From an uncultured virus (IMG/VR IMGVR_UViG_2851731845_000003) (Duplodnaviria; Heunggongvirae; Uroviricota; Caudoviricetes): 64,000 nucleotides of DNA. The stretch lies in the IMG/VR virus record IMGVR_UViG_2851731845_000003; one strand, written 5' to 3'. The notes under the pieces are model-generated. The model made no database searches and was not told the origin of the DNA. It was given only the letters and a program-made list of their open reading frames with translations. Position numbers and translations under genes: made by a program. Positions 59,429 to 64,000 of this stretch are shown here, piece by piece. The first letter of the stretch is position 1, and each line of letters opens with the position of its first letter.

Positions 59429-59989
59429 AGTTTTTTTCTCAAATCTTTTTATGTCTTTATCAAAGGCATCACTCATCGGGCGATAAAGCATATATTCGGC
59501 AGTGCTAATCCAGGCATCAATACGGCGGCGACACGTTGAAATGGAAAGCTCTGGGTGTGCCTCCTGCATTTCCTCCGCCATCGTGTAACGTTTCTTTTTA
59601 TAAATGTAATGCTGCTGCAGTATCCCAATTAACCCAGGGGTCGATTGTAGAACCAGGCCAACAACCGAATCCATTAATAGCCCCTCATCATCCGTACAAT
59701 AGATTAGATTACTATGGGCCTTGGGGTTGTTAAGGTCGCCAAATATCTCGAACAATTCCTCTTTTGATAAGCCTGATTTTCTCAGTTGGCTAATAGCGGC
59801 TTTTAATGCGGCTTTAGTTATTTGTTGTTTTGCCAATAATCGAGAAAATACCCCCTGAGCCCCTCCTGATTTCGCTATACGTGACCAGCGCCCCCACATC
59901 TTCAACTTACCCTTGAGCCAAATAAGCTCTAACGTATTTAAGTGTAACTCGTTGCCATCAGCCTTACCGCACGTTGTCGGATAAATCAT
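59417..59989 (-). CDS. Q-like late antiterminator (DUF1133-like)
   Basis: LKMWGRWS, CTDDEGLLMD, C-terminal HTH; position before promoter, terminator and lysis genes. Confidence 0.7.
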   Translation of the reverse strand: MIYPTTCGKADGNELHLNTLELIWLKGKLKMWGRWSRIAKSGGAQGVFSRLLAKQQITKAALKAAISQLRKSGLSKEELFEIFGDLNNPKAHSNLIYCTDDEGLLMDSVVGLVLQSTPGLIGILQQHYIYKKKRYTMAEEMQEAHPELSISTCRRRIDAWISTAEYMLYRPMSDAFDKDIKRFEKKTLTI

Positions 59990-60270
59990 AATTTCCCCTC
60001 CTTTCTCAATATATTCTGTGTGCGCATAACGCCCTCTGCGTGATATAGCCGCGCCGTGTCGCCATCAATTAAACGAGTGCGCCGATCACATTCGTCATGA
60101 CATGCACTACATCCCCATGCGGCCTGTTCATCAGAGGGTTTAATTCCGGTACCGCAGGTTCCTGCCAGTCGGTAATGAGTGAGCACCACGGTTTCAGGGT
60201 TGCCATTGCATACACCCGGAATACGGATCTGGCACTCGCGGCCCCTTGCCTCTTTGCGTAAATTAGCCAT
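59986..60270 (-). CDS. DUF1364/YbcO-like Cys-rich nuclease-fold protein
   Basis: LRKEARGRECQIRIPGVC..ETVVL.H, CSACHD. Confidence 0.85.
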   Translation of the reverse strand: MANLRKEARGRECQIRIPGVCNGNPETVVLTHYRLAGTCGTGIKPSDEQAAWGCSACHDECDRRTRLIDGDTARLYHAEGVMRTQNILRKEGKL

Positions 60271-60278
60271 GATTGCCC

Positions 60279-60872
60279 CTAAGCCGCATAACTCATTAAT
60301 TGACTGGCGGCGTTCTCTGCCTCGGATGGATGACTGAATGATTTACTGAGAATGAAAGTCCATAGAACATTCAGCACTGCTTTGTATAAATCGTTGAATT
60401 CCAACTCGTCCATTTTCGAGAATGAAATAGAGCGAGGTTCGCGCAGCGTTGAGCCGTCCGGTAGTTCGTATAGGTCATAATGTCCCGACTCAACGGTTAC
60501 CCAACGACGGAAAGCGTGGAATGATTTTGCAGTGGATAAATTCGCAGTCCGTTTACCGGCCACCAGCGCCAGATAATCATCAGCTATTTCATGAAGTACG
60601 CCCTCATTCCCCACATAGGAAATAAGTTGGCTTACATAACCGCGCAGGAATTTAAGTTCGAATGGTGATATCGCCCCGCCCCTTGGCTCCCAATATTCAA
60701 AACCAAGGTTGAGCAGCGAGAAGAATTTACGATGAAACGGCGCATTACGCACACGTTTAAATTCGCCAGTGACAATAGTCCCCAGCTTGGTGTTTTTGAC
60801 AAAATCCTCAGCATCCGGCGTGGCCGGTACCAAGATCCCACCTGTTGATTTGGTAAAACTATACTGTGCCAT
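60279..60872 (-). CDS. DUF1367-like protein (nin region)
   Basis: RNAPFHRKFF.LL.LGFEYWEP, PRSISFSKMD. Confidence 0.8.
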   Translation of the reverse strand: MAQYSFTKSTGGILVPATPDAEDFVKNTKLGTIVTGEFKRVRNAPFHRKFFSLLNLGFEYWEPRGGAISPFELKFLRGYVSQLISYVGNEGVLHEIADDYLALVAGKRTANLSTAKSFHAFRRWVTVESGHYDLYELPDGSTLREPRSISFSKMDELEFNDLYKAVLNVLWTFILSKSFSHPSEAENAASQLMSYAA

Positions 60873-60977
60873 TTCCGCCCCCGGATATATGGCACAGCAG
60901 CACGATATTTAGGTTATCGGGTGTTCAATCCGACACTTATATAATAACAGAATCAATCGAATTATTTTCAATAAGTT

Positions 60978-61397
60978 TTAACTGACATCAATACCAGTAA
61001 GATCTTTAATTTTCTTCTTAGCAAACCCTTCCGCAAGAGATTTAGTCACTGACATTAATGTTGATAATCCCTCATCTTTAAAGCCAGTCTTGATTGTCTG
61101 CCAAACTTCTTTCTGTCTTAAGTCAGCAATGAAATCATGGCCCCTAGCTGTTAGCCGAAGAGGAAGTAATACCCAGTCATATCCTTCATCATCAGAATTA
61201 GAATAAACGATACCAAAGCCTTGTCCACCATCAATACGGCAGATTAACCCTTGGTCGTCGAGTAATCTCATATGAAAAACGAAATCTTCATCACACTTAA
61301 AACCTTTTAACTCTAACTCTTCAATATTAGTTTCAGGCTTTTCCGATGACTCAAAGGCATCAAGTAAATTACGCAAATACTCGTGATTAATTTTCAT
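60978..61397 (-). CDS. DUF2513-like AT-rich moron
   Basis: FHMRLLDDQGLI, RLTARGHDFIADLRQKEVW; AGGAG RBS before MKINHEYL. Confidence 0.7.
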   Translation of the reverse strand: MKINHEYLRNLLDAFESSEKPETNIEELELKGFKCDEDFVFHMRLLDDQGLICRIDGGQGFGIVYSNSDDEGYDWVLLPLRLTARGHDFIADLRQKEVWQTIKTGFKDEGLSTLMSVTKSLAEGFAKKKIKDLTGIDVS

Positions 61398-61425
61398 TAA
61401 ATTGCTCCTGTGACATGTCATATCA

Positions 61426-61779
61426 CTATATATTTAATTTAGTCTCATGCCAGCCAAGAGTTTGCCAGCATTCACTTTCACCGATAAATGCGCAACCAAG
61501 ACTATCACCCGGTAGAGCATCACCACACTTACCACACCTGCGCCCCGCTTGCTGTTTGAGCAGCGCCTGCAGCTCGGCGTTATCTTTTCGGATCAGCATA
61601 GTGATGTATTCGTCCATGTCGTACGGTTCACGCTGTGGGCGGCGTAGGGCACAGTTCTGCTGTAACATTTCTTTCTCTTGCTGGTCTATCGTCGCTATTA
61701 ATTTATAGCTGCCACTATCACGCTCTTTCTGACGCTGTAGGCGTTTACGGGCCGCAGCCCGCTCTTTGGTATCAGTCAT
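61426..61779 (-). CDS. Basic N-terminal, Cys-cluster protein; homologue of 9874-10230
   Basis: RKRLQRQK..PYDMDEYI..LIRKDN..CGKCGDALPGD..GC..ECWQTLG. Confidence 0.7.
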   Translation of the reverse strand: MTDTKERAAARKRLQRQKERDSGSYKLIATIDQQEKEMLQQNCALRRPQREPYDMDEYITMLIRKDNAELQALLKQQAGRRCGKCGDALPGDSLGCAFIGESECWQTLGWHETKLNI

Positions 61780-62611
61780 GCGGATGCTCCCGTTTATCAA
61801 TGTTAGGGCTGAACCATAGGCATTCTATTTTGGTGACCGTGCCGCCCATACCAGCGCTGGCCTGTGCTGATTTTGTTTCTTTGCACCACCCGGCCAGCAT
61901 GTCGTTATACAGTTCGCTGTCATAACCGGAAATGATCGACATACCTTTCAATTTTCTGACCGGCTCGAGTAATTCAATATGGTCTTGCTCGGTCATTTCA
62001 TGGCGATATGAATAACCAGTTGGTTTCCAACGTTGGCGCGTTTCCGGCAAATATGGCGCATCAATGTAATTCAAAGTGCTGTCAGTATCATGATCCAGTA
62101 ACACCTGAACGGCTGGGCGGTTCTCTATCAATACGCCAAGTAAACGCGAACCAATGGCGGCTAAATTATCAGGATAAGACGCCCATAACTGCTGGGCTGT
62201 CGAATATTCTCGTTTGGTATCAGTCCTAAACCCTGATTTATTGGCTGTGGCCGATGCTGAACTAAATCCCATTGTGGCCTTAATTACCGTCCTGCGGGCC
62301 TGTTCCAATTCATCATCAATAGGCTCATAGGCAAAGTTAAACTCTTCACGGCTATATGGTGTCAGCACACATAAATCACGTAAACGTATGTTCATTACTG
62401 GATCTTGCAGCACTCGGAATAGGTTCACAATTTCGCCATCAAGATCATTATAAACCTCAGCGTGGGAGCGGGCCTTTCTCAGTAGAACTGATGCCGCCCC
62501 CCCGAACGGCTCAACATAGCAACGGTGAGCAGGGAAAAAACTGGTTATCCATTTCGCTAATCGGAATTTTCCGCCGTGATATCTGATGACCGGATGTTTT
62601 ATCTCTGTCAT
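61772..62611 (-). CDS. DNA adenine methylase (D12-class)
   Basis: YHGGKFRLA, YVEPFGGAASV, EVYNDLD, YIDAPY, ISGY. Confidence 0.85.
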   Translation of the reverse strand: MTEIKHPVIRYHGGKFRLAKWITSFFPAHRCYVEPFGGAASVLLRKARSHAEVYNDLDGEIVNLFRVLQDPVMNIRLRDLCVLTPYSREEFNFAYEPIDDELEQARRTVIKATMGFSSASATANKSGFRTDTKREYSTAQQLWASYPDNLAAIGSRLLGVLIENRPAVQVLLDHDTDSTLNYIDAPYLPETRQRWKPTGYSYRHEMTEQDHIELLEPVRKLKGMSIISGYDSELYNDMLAGWCKETKSAQASAGMGGTVTKIECLWFSPNIDKREHPHD

Positions 62612-64000
62612 GCCGCCACCCTCCAGATACACAGCTCTGGCATATTCGCCCTTACCAGTGCCTCGGCAAAGGGAGGCGGTACTGCATTACCACACCTTGC
62701 CACCTGCTCAGATTTAGGCCAGATTGTGCCGTCAATATCCCGGTCAATAATGTAATCTGGCGGGAACCCGCTGGCGTTGTACAGCTCGCGGGCAATCAAC
62801 ATGCGCATGCATATATCAACGATGATGTATTCGCCCACAGATAGATATTGTGGTCGTGGCGCGGGGAATAAATGCCAGTCGTCCGGTAAATCGCTGAAAT
62901 GATCCACCAGTCGTGCGCAGTTCCATGCGTTGTAGCGCTGCTTGTCGGTCAGTGGTTCGGCATCAAGATTGCTTTCTACCAAGCCAAAACGTTCTTTGGT
63001 TGTCACAGCATGTATCGGCTCTGATAAATCCACCGCGCCGCCAGTGCCGTAATACTTGGTCAGAAATGCGTTTACCAGTCCGACATGATTACCGCCCGCG
63101 GTTAAAGTCGGTACCGGTTCGGTGATGGGTTTACCATCGCGACATGTACCACGCAGTTGTACCAGGTGAGATGTACAAAGCGCATGGTGATCAACCGTGG
63201 TGATGGTGTGTAATGGCTCGTTAATATCGATGCCTGCACCGGTATAATTGCCGCCATAATGTTTTACCAGATGAGCGGCCACCATTCCCATTGCATGACC
63301 ATTACCACCGGGGCGAATCGATGTACCGGCCGTGATAGTCGATAATGGCTCATCACATTGTTGGCCTATAGCGCCGGTCCTAAATTTGGTTATATGCGGT
63401 GCCAGTATTGCACTGGCTAACTGGCTTTTACCGCCCCCACCCGCCGTAACGGTACCCAGTGGAGTATTGATATCATTTGCCGTGCTGTTGCCGAACTGAC
63501 GCACAACCACCGGCGCAGCGATAGCAAAACCATGTGTTCTAGTGATTGTTTGTAACGGGTCACGCAATGATTGCCCACGGAAACAATCATATTTGGTTTT
63601 AGTGCTGGTGTGGTTGCACTTCACTGCATACGGCTCCAGCAACAAATGCTCAGCCTTGCTGGTGATAGTGGTTAGCGGCTGATCTAGCGGATACTGCAGA
63701 CGGTCGCCACCGAAACCGGTTTGGCCCAACCTCACAATAAATGGATCAGGGTTATCGATAACAAAGCGTTGCAGCCCTTTGACGATGCGCCGCAAGGTAT
63801 TATCAGCCAAATCCTTTTTGCGACCGAAAATAGAGCGTGTTGGCTGGCTCCAGTCGATACACTCGGCCGCCGTGCGCCAAGGTTGCAACATGCCAGAAAG
63901 CACATCTGCAGAGTTTGGTGCGCCGTGGCTTGGCTCTGGCCATACAACCGACTCGCCGTCACAACGCCCAACCACAAACAACCGCTTTCTGATAGTGGGT
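62608..64000 (-). CDS. DNA cytosine-5 methylase, 5' part outside window
   Basis: PTIRKRLF, WRTAAECIDWS, repeated PLxTIT units, RML..ELY..GFP, CGNAVPP. Confidence 0.8.
   Translation of the reverse strand, partial: PTIRKRLFVVGRCDGESVVWPEPSHGAPNSADVLSGMLQPWRTAAECIDWSQPTRSIFGRKKDLADNTLRRIVKGLQRFVIDNPDPFIVRLGQTGFGGDRLQYPLDQPLTTITSKAEHLLLEPYAVKCNHTSTKTKYDCFRGQSLRDPLQTITRTHGFAIAAPVVVRQFGNSTANDINTPLGTVTAGGGGKSQLASAILAPHITKFRTGAIGQQCDEPLSTITAGTSIRPGGNGHAMGMVAAHLVKHYGGNYTGAGIDINEPLHTITTVDHHALCTSHLVQLRGTCRDGKPITEPVPTLTAGGNHVGLVNAFLTKYYGTGGAVDLSEPIHAVTTKERFGLVESNLDAEPLTDKQRYNAWNCARLVDHFSDLPDDWHLFPAPRPQYLSVGEYIIVDICMRMLIARELYNASGFPPDYIIDRDIDGTIWPKSEQVARCGNAVPPPFAEALVRANMPELCIWRVAA

Larger units (their letters stand above)
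34113..64000 (-). mobile_element. Second prophage (lambdoid-type late control, contractile-tail morphogenesis), partial in window
   Basis: Continuous minus-strand methylase-Q-mom-lysis-terminase-portal-capsid-sheath-tube-TMP-baseplate-fibre cluster ending at the tRNA fragment. Confidence 0.9.

Overview
Enterobacterial chromosome (Yersinia-like by appearance, not verifiable here) at a tRNA-Leu(TAA)/leuZ integration hotspot holding three stacked phage elements. (1) Near 0.9-1.5 kb, a decayed DUF4224+integrase remnant sits beside a PhzF-family gene. (2) An apparently complete ~32.6 kb P2/186-like prophage (int to ogr) is bounded by a 123-bp direct repeat containing the 3' half of leuZ (1473-1595 and 34044-34166). 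(3) A second prophage on the minus strand (34.2 kb to beyond 64 kb) has lambdoid-type late control and a contractile tail, an SOS-box dinI pair, a pinholin/SAR lysis cassette, a Mu Mom homologue and two DNA methylases. Most unusual points: an intact but catalytically degenerate second terminase-ATPase gene between P and Q; an ~88% identical tail-fibre tip plus chaperone shared in inverted orientation by the two unrelated prophages; a homologous basic/Cys-cluster protein and a GTGAC-N2-GTCAC palindrome near accessory genes in both phages; two Abi-alpha/DUF4393 paralogues plus a DUF2971 gene in the P2-like phage; and a com-less mom gene behind a structured leader. All family assignments come from recognising motifs by eye, not from database searches.
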